NCBI GenBank assembly: GCA_050950765.1
Contig: JBMNIF010000002.1
Span: forward strand, 11,738 to 75,737
Source of the DNA: Bdellovibrionota bacterium
GTDB taxonomy: Bacteria; Bdellovibrionota_C; UBA2361; JAAYZI01
Direction of reading: 5' to 3'
Length of the DNA stretch: 64,000 nt
In this document: positions 10,302 through 21,112 of the stretch, piece after piece
How positions within the stretch are numbered: position 1 is the stretch's first letter
Layout: every line of letters starts with the position of its first letter
The notes under the pieces: generated by a model
The model's database searches: none
What the model was told of the DNA's origin: nothing
Seen by the model: the letters and a program-made list of their open reading frames with translations, nothing else
Program-made: the position numbers and the translations under genes

Positions 10302-12299
10302 ATGAAGAACGAAGAGACTATAAAAATAATCAAGGACGATCCCTATTTAAAGCCGCATGCCGAGTTCTTTAAGCAAATTCACAAGCAGATTAAAGCAACG
10401 GAAGAACGTATACTTGCTGGAAAAAGTTTAATAGATTTTGCAGATGCACACCATTTTTACGGATTGCATCGCACAAAAGACGGTTGGATCTTTCGAGAAT
10501 GGGCTCCGAATGCTAAGGCGATTTATTTAATCGGTGCGTTTTCTGATTGGCGGGTGCAGGATCGTTTTGCGCTCTCCCCTATCGGCAATGGAGATTGGGA
10601 GATAACACTTCCTGAAGAAACCCTTAAACACCTTGATCTTTACAGAATTTATATTGAATGGCCAGGTGGCGGTGGAGATCGTATCCCTGCTTATGCAAAT
10701 TGCACCTACCAAGATCCGAATACTAAGATCTTTTCAGCTAGAGTCTGGGATACTTCATACGAATGGGAAGTTCCAAATTTTGAAAAAAAAGATCAGCCAT
10801 TATTGATCTATGAAGCGCATATCGGAATGGCTCTTGAAGAGGGGCGAGTTGGTACCTACCTTGAATTTAGAGACCAAATTTTGCCACGTATTATCAAAGC
10901 TGGCTATACAGCTCTGCAGATCATGGCCATTCAAGAACACCCTTATTACGGTTCTTTCGGCTATCAAGTTTCTAATTTTTTTGCACCATCTTCTCGCTTC
11001 GGAACTCCCGATGAACTTAGATCGTTAATTGATGCTGCGCATCAAGCAGGGTTGCAGGTTTTCCTCGATCTTGTGCATTCGCATGCGGTTAAAAATGAGA
11101 TTGAAGGCTTAAGCCGTTTCGATGGTACGTATTACAGCTATTTTCATGACGGAGAACGTGGCTATCATCCGGTTTGGGATTCTCGTCTCTTTAATTTCGG
11201 TAAATATGAAGTGATCCGTTTTTTACTTTCGAATGCACGCTACTGGATTGATGAATTCCATTTTGATGGTTTTCGTTTTGATGGCGTCACCAGTATGCTT
11301 TATTATGATCACGGTTTAAAAGATCCCTTCACATCATACGACAAATACTTTGGCAATAACCGCATTGATCGCGATGCTATGGTTTATTTGACGCTTGTAA
11401 ATAAGATGTTGCACTCGATGGGATCAATTACCACTATTGCAGAAGATGTAAGTGGTCTGCCTGGACTAGCTGCTCCCATTGAAAGTGGCGGCGTTGGCTT
11501 TGATTATAGACTAGCACTCGGCATCCCTGATTTCTGGATAAAAACCATAAAGGAGAGGCAGGATCAAGATTGGCATGTTGAATGGATGTTTTCCGAGATG
11601 ACCAATAAGCGCCAAGATGAAAAAACCATCAGTTATGCAGAGTGCCACGATCAAGCTTTAGTCGGAGACCAAACTTTAATTTTTCGACTCCTCGATACGT
11701 TGATTTATACTAATATGCGTACCGATCAATTTAACCACTTAGTCGATCGAGCTTTGGCGTTACATCGCTTAATCCGTTTTATTACAGCGACAACAGCAGG
11801 TCACGGATACCTAAATTTTATGGGAAACGAATTCGGGCATCCTGAGTGGATTGATTTTCCGAGAGAAGGTAATAACTGGTCATTTCATCATGCCAGACGG
11901 CTATGGAGTTTGGTTGATGATCCGAACCTTAATTATAAGTACCTTGGAGAGTTTGATCGTGCCCTACTCGATTTCATCAAGCAACGTGATCTGTTTAAAC
12001 ACGGTGGTGCGCAATACCTTTCCAGTCATGTTGAAAATCAAACCCTTTCTTATGCACGGGGTGGTGCTATCTTTGTTTTAAGTTTTAATCCATCACAATC
12101 ATTTGTTCATTTTAGGACTCCGTTACCGCAAGGTTCTCCCCTTAAAGATTATGAAATCATCTTTGATTCTGATGATAAGCGTTTCTTAGGTAATGGTCGT
12201 ATAGATAAGAGCTATAAGATCCCTGTCACTAAGGTCTCTGATAATTGCTATGAATTGGAGTTGTATCTACCAACCAGAACGGGGCTTGTGTTAGTGTAA
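10302..12299 (+). CDS. glgB: 1,4-alpha-glucan branching enzyme, eukaryote-type GH13 (about 665 aa).
   Basis: GH13 catalytic motifs are present (DGFRFDGVTSMLY, EDVSG, ECHDQAL). The length and N-terminus match the short eukaryote-like branching-enzyme form. Confidence 0.9.
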   Translation: MKNEETIKIIKDDPYLKPHAEFFKQIHKQIKATEERILAGKSLIDFADAHHFYGLHRTKDGWIFREWAPNAKAIYLIGAFSDWRVQDRFALSPIGNGDWEITLPEETLKHLDLYRIYIEWPGGGGDRIPAYANCTYQDPNTKIFSARVWDTSYEWEVPNFEKKDQPLLIYEAHIGMALEEGRVGTYLEFRDQILPRIIKAGYTALQIMAIQEHPYYGSFGYQVSNFFAPSSRFGTPDELRSLIDAAHQAGLQVFLDLVHSHAVKNEIEGLSRFDGTYYSYFHDGERGYHPVWDSRLFNFGKYEVIRFLLSNARYWIDEFHFDGFRFDGVTSMLYYDHGLKDPFTSYDKYFGNNRIDRDAMVYLTLVNKMLHSMGSITTIAEDVSGLPGLAAPIESGGVGFDYRLALGIPDFWIKTIKERQDQDWHVEWMFSEMTNKRQDEKTISYAECHDQALVGDQTLIFRLLDTLIYTNMRTDQFNHLVDRALALHRLIRFITATTAGHGYLNFMGNEFGHPEWIDFPREGNNWSFHHARRLWSLVDDPNLNYKYLGEFDRALLDFIKQRDLFKHGGAQYLSSHVENQTLSYARGGAIFVLSFNPSQSFVHFRTPLPQGSPLKDYEIIFDSDDKRFLGNGRIDKSYKIPVTKVSDNCYELELYLPTRTGLVLV

Positions 12300-12337
12300 G
12301 CGTTACTTATTTATGGAATTATAAAAGACAATCAAAA

Positions 12338-12370
12338 AAAAGGGAGGTGTATTTTACACCTCCCTTTTTA
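12338..12370. terminator. Putative bidirectional intrinsic terminator between convergent glgB and gap.
   Basis: The hairpin GGGAGGTGT-attta-ACACCTCCC is flanked by A-runs and T-runs. Confidence 0.5.
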
Positions 12371-12400
12371 CACAGCTCTATATTAAAAGTTTAGCTAAGT

Positions 12401-13453
<1,053 letters not shown>

Positions 13454-13671
13454 TTACCTTACAGGGGGTAGCTTGCGTCAATACAAGTGTAGGAATTCTT
13501 ACACGTAAACCCTCGATCGGTCAACGTTATAAGCTAAGATCTTTTTTGTCGCAGAGTGAAATTTATCACGCCTACACCACTCTGCGCATAACAATATTTT
13601 ATTTTCAACCTATGCCAAAAGGCATCTTCACAAAATTATCTCCACTAAAAAAGGAGCCCTTAAATTACCCC

Positions 13672-14853
13672 TTATTCCTGAAGAGGTTGTAAATTATCCC
13701 TACCCTCCTCCCCTTTTTTTGAATCCTCATAACGGATTGCATGACGGAAGATATATGTAGAAACAGGGAGTCCCAACAAAAACCCCCAAACTCCAAAAAC
13801 CTTCCCGCACGTCGTCAAAATAGCGAGCACTAAAACGGGATTTATGTGCATATGTTGCCCGTAGATCTTGGGATTGAGTACGTAAGCCTCAATCATATGA
13901 ATAACTGTAATTAACAGGATAGCAAGGAACATCAGCCAAAAACCACCTGATTGTAATGCCATCAAACAGATCGGGATAGAGCTGATAAAAACTCCTGCAA
14001 TCGGGATAAAGCTACAAAAGAAAACTATCACCGAGAGAAAAGCGATCTTTCCAGTAATTCCGAGAATCCATAAGCCGATAGCTGTCAATACGGTATTAAG
14101 CAGGGCGATCATAGCTTGCGCCTCAAAAGCACGTCCCAGCTCTCTTCCAAAGCCTGCAATACTTCCTGCAACCTCTTCATAAATAAAAGCTACTTTAGTA
14201 TGTGAAAGATCTTTGACAGATTTTGTTAAGCGGGGCAGATCTAGCACTATTAGGAAAGAGAAAAGTACCGATAATAAAAATGATGACATCGCACCCAGTA
14301 GCGTTGTACCGAGATTAGTAACCTTCCCTGTTAAATATTTTACGATCTCCCCATTTTTCTCCTCTTCGTCATTTCCTCCGATCATGGATTGCAGCAACGA
14401 CAAAGTTGGAGATTTTGAAGCATCCCATTCTGATTCTGGTTGTATTTCATTAACGTGATCAAGATCTTCTGCGGAGAGTCCAATAGCAAAACTAATAATA
14501 TTAGAATCTTTGGCGAGATCTAGAAGATGCCGATCAATAGTTCTGATATATTCCGGAATATGGGTAATCGTATTTTTAGCTTGCGTCTTTATGTATGGCA
14601 CTAAATAAGAGCTAACTGTAACAATTAGGCCTAAAAAAATAACCCCAACAAGAGTCACCCTTAAAGGACGAGACTTAATTCTCGATTTTAAGTGTTGTAC
14701 TGCATGCGCCTGCATATAAGAAAAAACGAAGGTTAAGAACATCAACAAAAAAAACGACCGCAAGATATAGACAACCGAAAAAAGTCCCCCCCAAACAATT
14801 ATTCGTGCCCCGATCGATAATAAATGTGAAAACTCCCTTTCCGTTTTACTCAT
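13672..14853 (-). CDS. AI-2E family (UPF0118/PerM-like) membrane transporter.
   Basis: Multi-TM protein with the conserved ...FIPIAGVFISSIP... segment typical of the AI-2E family. Confidence 0.55.
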   Translation of the reverse strand: MSKTEREFSHLLSIGARIIVWGGLFSVVYILRSFFLLMFLTFVFSYMQAHAVQHLKSRIKSRPLRVTLVGVIFLGLIVTVSSYLVPYIKTQAKNTITHIPEYIRTIDRHLLDLAKDSNIISFAIGLSAEDLDHVNEIQPESEWDASKSPTLSLLQSMIGGNDEEEKNGEIVKYLTGKVTNLGTTLLGAMSSFLLSVLFSFLIVLDLPRLTKSVKDLSHTKVAFIYEEVAGSIAGFGRELGRAFEAQAMIALLNTVLTAIGLWILGITGKIAFLSVIVFFCSFIPIAGVFISSIPICLMALQSGGFWLMFLAILLITVIHMIEAYVLNPKIYGQHMHINPVLVLAILTTCGKVFGVWGFLLGLPVSTYIFRHAIRYEDSKKGEEGRDNLQPLQE

Positions 14854-14988
14854 GATTTTTACATTCCTAAAAGTAATTTTTTAAGATTGACTTACACTAT
14901 CACTCCAATCAAGCAGATCTTTCTGCTAAAAATATTTAATTCGCCTGAGCATAGTACGATACAAAGAATGGCGCAAAAATAATTTTTA

Positions 14989-15582
14989 TCACCACTTTTC
15001 AAGAAAACACTCCAACATTTCGTGGATAGGCAACTCTCCGTTAATTACGTAATCAGCATACTCTCGAAGCGGCGCACAGAACTTAGAATAAGCAGGCTCT
15101 ACGGTAGTAACCCATTGATTTTCAACAAAATCTTTAGTTCTGCCACGCTCCATAACGTCACGTTGCAAACGTCTAGTAAAGCGCACGGCATCTGAAGCGT
15201 CAATAAAGATCTTACAATCAAAGACATCCCGCACCTCTTTCCAGTAAAATGTTAAAATCCCCTCAACGATAATTGTTTTTAAAGGGTGGATCGTTACACT
15301 CTCAGTTGTCCTAAGTGAAGTTTTAAAATCATAGCAGGGGCACTCAATCGTTTTCCCTTGTCGCAGATCTCGCAAATGTTTAAGTAACAATAGATCCTCA
15401 ATAGAGCTCGGATCATCATAATCTAATTTTACTGGCTCTTTCACACCGTCTTTAACTTGTGGAAGGGTCTTATAATAACTATCAACTGAAATAATGACAG
15501 AATCACCTAGCTTCTCTTTTAATGAGTGGGCAAATGTTGTCTTCCCACTTGCTGTGCCACCTGCGATTCCAATTATACGCAT
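14989..15582 (-). CDS. udk: Uridine kinase.
   Basis: Walker A motif MRIIGIAGGTASGKTT. Length about 197 aa. Confidence 0.85.
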   Translation of the reverse strand: MRIIGIAGGTASGKTTFAHSLKEKLGDSVIISVDSYYKTLPQVKDGVKEPVKLDYDDPSSIEDLLLLKHLRDLRQGKTIECPCYDFKTSLRTTESVTIHPLKTIIVEGILTFYWKEVRDVFDCKIFIDASDAVRFTRRLQRDVMERGRTKDFVENQWVTTVEPAYSKFCAPLREYADYVINGELPIHEMLECFLEKW

Positions 15583-15716
15583 AACAACCCTACAATCAGT
15601 ACTTTTCGTTCAAAACCGTTTCTCTAAAACGACGTAAATACCCTAAAAGAACAGTATACATAAAAACGAGCGCCCAGCTACAAACTTTCGCAAAAAAATC
15701 CGTAAAATTCCTATTT

Positions 15717-17735
15717 TTAATCGATCCTATAAAGCTTCTGAGAATAGAGATACCACGGCAGATAGGCGTATGACATGGCATCTTTTAACATTTCAGGATC
15801 AAGAGTTGTCGGAACCAAAGATGAATCGTGTAGTTGAAATTGCAAGGGGGTAACAAAGGGACGCATGATGATCACCTGATCCCCTTCTTGATAAGCAGCG
15901 TTCTCAGCAAACTGCATCATGGCGCGTCCGATAGCACCTTTCGGAAGTGTCATAACATTTCTACCTATCATGGGATGGATCGTATCTAAACCGGAAAAAT
16001 GAAGAGCTGTCGGCATCAGATCAATCTGACTACTTAAGAGAGTTACGGTTTTTTTCGGAACATTCGGTCCGATGATAAAGGCAGGGACATGGAATTTATC
16101 TATCGGCACTAGATCATTACCGACTACGTGAGAATTATGATCAGCAACTACTATAAAAATAGTATTATCATAGTAAGGTTCTTTCTTTGCCAATTCAAAA
16201 AAAAGTCCTAAAGCATAATCTGCATATTTTACAGCGTTACGGTGTGTTTCTTTCGGTTGCTCATAAAGCTCAATCCGTCCATCAGGATATTCATACGGCA
16301 CATGATTAGAAGTTGTTAAAATTAGGGAAAAAAACGGTTGATCTCCGTGTGCTTTAAAAATTTCATTGGCACGCCTGAAAAGATCTTCATCAGAGACACC
16401 CCATGTTGTCGAAAAAACGGGGTCTTTAAAAGTAGGCTCATCATAGATGTTATCAAAACCGTTTCCCATAAAGAAAGATCGCATCTCGTCAAAATTACTT
16501 ACTCCCCCATAAATAAATTCAGTCTCGTAATTATGCTTTTTTAAAAGCTCGGCAATCGTAAAAAAATCATTCTTCGCAAGGTTTAATTTAACAACACTAC
16601 GGTTTGCTGTCGGTAAAAAACCGCTAACAACAGCTTCAATGCCACGAACGGTTCTGGTTCCTGTGGCATATAAATTAGAAAACCACAAACCCTCATCCTT
16701 TAGACGACATAAATTAGGTGTAATATCTGGACCATCAAGACAACCTGTATCAACTGCTCCGACACTTTCAAGTAGAACGACCACAATATTTGCAGGACGA
16801 TCATATTTATAAGGAGATTTTTGCTCATGTAAAAATGGAATATCTCCCTCAAAGTAAGTATTTTCAGGCTGCTCTACAAGGGGTCTTAAATGTTTAATAG
16901 CATCTGCTTCAGATAGTTTGCCATACAGAGTGGAAGGATTCTTTTCATGATATAGGTCTCTGTATAAAGCATAAAGTAAAGTATAAGTAGAATTGAGCGC
17001 AAACTCGTTAGCTAAATGATTATTAGAAAAATAAGCGGTAGAGAGATTAACAGGGCGGTGACCTAAAGTTGAACGTGCTCCAATCACAAATATTCCAACA
17101 ACAAAGGGAAAGACTAATAAACGCACCCTCCAATTCCAAGCAGAATAGGATCTGATAACTTTGTCTGTTAGCTTTGCGATAAGTATGCCTATCGTCACTA
17201 AAACGATACAACAAAAAATAAGTTGCGTCTTATAAGCCGTCCACAATGTCCCGAAAACTTCTTTAGGATGCCCCAAATATTCAAAAAATTTACGATCTGG
17301 ACGGAGATCGTATTCTTCTACAAACTGGAATGTAGCGATCTCCATGTATAACAATAGCAACACTACCGCCACACTCCAGCAGATAAAGAACTTACGCCAT
17401 TTAAGCACTAATTCCTTAGGCATAAGAAAGATCAATATTACGGGCAGCGCTAAAAGGTAACACATAATAATGGTATCCATGCGCAACCCAATCGGAAAAA
17501 GCCACAAGACATGCGGTGTATTTAGGAGACGTTCCCAATAAAAAAGAGTTAGCAGCGCTCTAAAGCTGCTCATTATAATAAGACCGATAGCGAAGATTAA
17601 AAGGATAGGAAGTAAAGGACCTAAGATTATTTTAAACCTTGCTGATTTTTGCTGCATACCACTTGCCAACATATTTAGTAAACCGTTTTTAAGGAGTTCT
17701 CTTTTTAGGGCTCCTCTTCTCAACACTCTAACCAC
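15717..17735 (-). CDS. LtaS/MdoB-like membrane sulfatase-family protein (alkaline-phosphatase superfamily).
   Basis: Five N-terminal TM helices plus an extracytoplasmic sulfatase domain (VVLLESVG...TTSNH). Confidence 0.7.
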   Translation of the reverse strand: MVRVLRRGALKRELLKNGLLNMLASGMQQKSARFKIILGPLLPILLIFAIGLIIMSSFRALLTLFYWERLLNTPHVLWLFPIGLRMDTIIMCYLLALPVILIFLMPKELVLKWRKFFICWSVAVVLLLLYMEIATFQFVEEYDLRPDRKFFEYLGHPKEVFGTLWTAYKTQLIFCCIVLVTIGILIAKLTDKVIRSYSAWNWRVRLLVFPFVVGIFVIGARSTLGHRPVNLSTAYFSNNHLANEFALNSTYTLLYALYRDLYHEKNPSTLYGKLSEADAIKHLRPLVEQPENTYFEGDIPFLHEQKSPYKYDRPANIVVVLLESVGAVDTGCLDGPDITPNLCRLKDEGLWFSNLYATGTRTVRGIEAVVSGFLPTANRSVVKLNLAKNDFFTIAELLKKHNYETEFIYGGVSNFDEMRSFFMGNGFDNIYDEPTFKDPVFSTTWGVSDEDLFRRANEIFKAHGDQPFFSLILTTSNHVPYEYPDGRIELYEQPKETHRNAVKYADYALGLFFELAKKEPYYDNTIFIVVADHNSHVVGNDLVPIDKFHVPAFIIGPNVPKKTVTLLSSQIDLMPTALHFSGLDTIHPMIGRNVMTLPKGAIGRAMMQFAENAAYQEGDQVIIMRPFVTPLQFQLHDSSLVPTTLDPEMLKDAMSYAYLPWYLYSQKLYRID

Positions 17736-17876
17736 TCAAATTATTTCATACAATTAAAATCACTGAAGATTACCAAAAGATAATGTTGCGGTTATTTTCA
17801 TAATTAAATAAATTGCTGAGGTTGTCTTGAGGTTCTCTCTGTAAATAGTGCCTCCTCTCTATTAATGGTTAACTTT

Positions 17877-18554
17877 ATGCGGATACTACTCGTTGAAGAC
17901 GATCTGAAAATCGCTACCTTTATCAAAAAAGGGCTGGAGCAATCAGGTCATACTGTCTTACACGTCACAGACGGCGAAGCTGGTTGTCAACAAGCTATGA
18001 AAGCACCCTTTGATGTGGCAGTATTTGATATTATGTTACCGAAGCAAGATGGATTAAGCGCTATTAAAACATTGCGCACTAATGAAATAACTTTACCGAT
18101 CTTAGTTTTAAGCGCTAAGAACCTCGTCTCTGATAAAGTTAAAGGTCTAACCCTCGGTGCGGATGACTACCTCACAAAACCCTTTTCTTTTTCTGAACTA
18201 TTAGCTCGTTTGGAGACGTTAACACGTCGTGTTAATAAAGCTTCTCTTAGCATGGAACGACGAGCTGATGACTTAGTAATAAACCTTGAAAGCCGACGTG
18301 TTTTTCGATCAGGGCAAGAGATCTTTTTACAGCCGAAGGAGTTTGACCTGCTACGTTATCTGATAGACAACCAAGGGCGCGTTGTCACGAAAGCAATGAT
18401 TATAAAAAATGTTTGGAATTATAATTTCGATCCGAACACTAATATCGTTGAAACAAGGATGGGCAAGCTACGAGAACAGATAGATCGGGAGTTCCCGTTA
18501 AAGTTGATTCATACTATCAGAGGTGTCGGATATGTCCTTAAAACAGCTACGTAA
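17877..18554 (+). CDS. OmpR-family response regulator.
   Basis: Receiver domain (MRILLVEDD...D...K) plus a winged-helix C-terminus (RGVGYVL). Confidence 0.85.
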   Translation: MRILLVEDDLKIATFIKKGLEQSGHTVLHVTDGEAGCQQAMKAPFDVAVFDIMLPKQDGLSAIKTLRTNEITLPILVLSAKNLVSDKVKGLTLGADDYLTKPFSFSELLARLETLTRRVNKASLSMERRADDLVINLESRRVFRSGQEIFLQPKEFDLLRYLIDNQGRVVTKAMIIKNVWNYNFDPNTNIVETRMGKLREQIDREFPLKLIHTIRGVGYVLKTAT

Positions 18555-19938
18555 TTTTTTCCTTTCATTACGCTTCCGTGTGACGTTTTGGTTTGTTGGG
18601 ACATTCACCCTACTCCTTTTTATTTTGCTTATTACCTTCTATTTTATAGTTCGTTCCGATCTGCATAAAGCAACAGATGCACCAATTGTTTTTGAGCTGG
18701 AAGAGTTGGCTAATGTCTATCGCAATCACGGCATAAAAGGGTGCGCAGCACAGATAGATGAGGAGTCAGAAGAGTACGGCGCTAATAGGATTTTTTATAG
18801 GATCTTAGATAGTAACTATAAAGAGCTGCTGCATTCAGATCTCTCTACTTGGGGGAAAATTCCCATCAACTGGGCAGTTTTAAACAATTTGCAAGATCGT
18901 AAATATATCAGTGAAACGGTTTTGCTTCCTCAAAAAAACAGAGAAATACGTATTGTTTCAATGAAACTTGATGACGGTAACTTAATAGCTCAAAGCGGAA
19001 TCTATCTTAATGCAGAGTTAGAACAGGTCGCTTATTACAGAAAAATGTTGCCAATAATCGGTATCTCCATAACTTTATTAGCTGCTGTCATCGGTTTCTT
19101 TGTAGTTCACAGACTAGTTAAAAGAATTGATGATGTCACAGCTTTAGCTGGTTCTATCTCTTCCTCAAACCTAACGCAGCGCTTACCGTTACAATATGGT
19201 GCCGATGAAATTAACGCACTCGCCACAGAGATCAATCAGATGTTGGATAGGATTGAAAATTTAGTCGCTGAAATAAAACAGATTAGTGACGGCTTGGCGC
19301 ATGATCTCAGAAGCTCGATCGCGCGTATACGGGCAGGTGCGGAGATAATACTCGGTAATGAACACCTTGATCTCACACTACAAGAGGGTGTCGCTGATAC
19401 AATTGAGGAGTGCGATCGTGTTTTAGCGATGGTTAATTCAATGTTGGATATCTCTCAGGTAGATGCAGGAACGATCAATTTTGAGATGGATCTACTAAAT
19501 CTCTCAACTTTAGTAGCAGATGCTGTTGAACTTTTTGAAGCGGTGGCAGCAGATAAACACCTAGAAATAACTCTTGCAAAGGAAGATAATTTAACTGTTA
19601 AAGGTGAAGTCGGTATGTTGCAACGCATAGTTTCTAATCTAATTGATAACGCCATTAAATTTACGCCTGAGGGTGGTTCTATTACAATTAAGCTTTTTGC
19701 AGATGGTGGCTTTGTTACGTTTATCTGTGAAGATTCCGGAATTGGAATTGCAGAGCAAGATCTACCTAATGTGTTTAACCGTTTTTATCGGTGTGATAGT
19801 AGTAGATCAAGCTCTGGTAACGGCTTAGGCTTAACGATCTGCAGATCTTTTATCAAAGCCCACGGAGGATCTATCAAAATCTCCAGTAAAAAAGATCACG
19901 GCACGACAGTTACTTTTACCCTTCCTAAAGAGAGGTGA
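18523..19938 (+). CDS. Sensor histidine kinase (TM-HAMP-HisKA-HATPase).
   Basis: H-box LAHDLRSSI, N/G boxes (NLIDNAIKF, DSGIGI, GLGLTI). Overlaps the regulator gene. Confidence 0.8.
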   Translation: MSDMSLKQLRNFFLSLRFRVTFWFVGTFTLLLFILLITFYFIVRSDLHKATDAPIVFELEELANVYRNHGIKGCAAQIDEESEEYGANRIFYRILDSNYKELLHSDLSTWGKIPINWAVLNNLQDRKYISETVLLPQKNREIRIVSMKLDDGNLIAQSGIYLNAELEQVAYYRKMLPIIGISITLLAAVIGFFVVHRLVKRIDDVTALAGSISSSNLTQRLPLQYGADEINALATEINQMLDRIENLVAEIKQISDGLAHDLRSSIARIRAGAEIILGNEHLDLTLQEGVADTIEECDRVLAMVNSMLDISQVDAGTINFEMDLLNLSTLVADAVELFEAVAADKHLEITLAKEDNLTVKGEVGMLQRIVSNLIDNAIKFTPEGGSITIKLFADGGFVTFICEDSGIGIAEQDLPNVFNRFYRCDSSRSSSGNGLGLTICRSFIKAHGGSIKISSKKDHGTTVTFTLPKER

Positions 19939-20873
19939 TAATGCAAGAAAGAGCAAAAAAAATACTTATCTTTTACAACCCGATCTCAGGACGGGGGCAA
20001 TCAAAAAGTGTTGCTGCTGATTTTGCAGAAAAGTTGAAAGGTAAAAATTATCCAATACTGTTAATGGAATCTAAGCGCAGTTCAGATGAATATTTGCAGA
20101 TCTTATCAGAGATAACAGATAGCTCTTTAATTATAGTGGTAGGTGGTGATGGTACACTACTAAATATGCTCCCCTTACTAGCAACATCAAAGGTACCTGT
20201 TTTTATGATTCCAAGTGGCAACGAATCACTTTTTGCTCAAATTTACGGGATGAATAAAAGCTTTGCACAATTATCCAACGCTTTAGAAAATGGAGAAGTT
20301 TTACAGCAGTATTACGGATTGATTTCAACAACAACCCCAAATAATAAAACAACCTCCACTGTTCCTTTCTATATTATGGCGAGTATGGGGCTTGATTCTT
20401 TAACGGTAAGAAATATCGGTAAAAGATCTACCCCTATCAACGACTTTACCTATATAAAATACGGACTAAAAGCACTTCTGACTCTACATCATCCCCTAGT
20501 CTCCATAACTGTTGACGGCTCTACCATCCTTGAAAAAGAGCAGGGATATTTTATCGTTGCCAATTCTGCTTCATATGCACACAACCTACAACTTGTGCCA
20601 CAAGCTTCACCGTCAGAAAGGCGCTTAGATCTCGGTTTTTTACCGAATGCTAATATTCTACATGAACTAAAAAAATCGTATTGGATGGCACGTTACCAAC
20701 CTGCCAAGCTCCCTATGCAATACTACTCAGGAGAAAAGATAGAGATAACACTACACTCCCCAGATTATCCTCTACAAGTAGACGGTGAATATTTTGGTCT
20801 AAAAGAGATCTCAGCAGGGAGTAAGGTGACTTTCTCCTTAGCAGAAACTCCCATCAACGTTCTCTGCCCTTAA
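19935..20873 (+). CDS. DAGK-catalytic-domain lipid kinase (YegS/BmrU-like).
   Basis: The motif VVGGDGTLLNMLP...PSGNE. The 4-bp overlap with the kinase gene implies an operon. Confidence 0.7.
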   Translation: MIMQERAKKILIFYNPISGRGQSKSVAADFAEKLKGKNYPILLMESKRSSDEYLQILSEITDSSLIIVVGGDGTLLNMLPLLATSKVPVFMIPSGNESLFAQIYGMNKSFAQLSNALENGEVLQQYYGLISTTTPNNKTTSTVPFYIMASMGLDSLTVRNIGKRSTPINDFTYIKYGLKALLTLHHPLVSITVDGSTILEKEQGYFIVANSASYAHNLQLVPQASPSERRLDLGFLPNANILHELKKSYWMARYQPAKLPMQYYSGEKIEITLHSPDYPLQVDGEYFGLKEISAGSKVTFSLAETPINVLCP

Positions 20874-20880
20874 AAAACCT

Positions 20881-21060
20881 TTTTCCTCACCAAGCTCTAA
20901 ACAATGCTCTTTACTCGTAAGGATCTTTTTCCTCACCGAGACTCTAATCAACATCCCTTGCTCGCAAGAATCTTTTTCCTCACCAAGCTCTAAACAACAT
21001 CCCTTACCCGCAAAAATTCTTTTCCTCACCAAGCTCTAAACAACACCACCCGAAAAATCT
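20881..21060. repeat. Tandem repeat of about 47 bp x 4 (consensus ...CTTTTTCCTCACCAAGCTCTAAACAACATCCCTT...).
   Basis: Seen directly. Lies in the convergent intergenic region between the lipid kinase gene and etfA. Confidence 0.85.
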
Positions 21061-21112
21061 CCCTCAACTACTGAAGATACTCCTTTTAAGGTAATAAAGA
21101 TTGATGAGCTAC

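Noticed and set aside
20838-21032. 64-aa minus-strand ORF with repeated LELGEEK peptides.
   Set aside because: It is a translation of the 47-bp x 4 tandem repeat in a convergent intergenic region. It is a repeat artefact.
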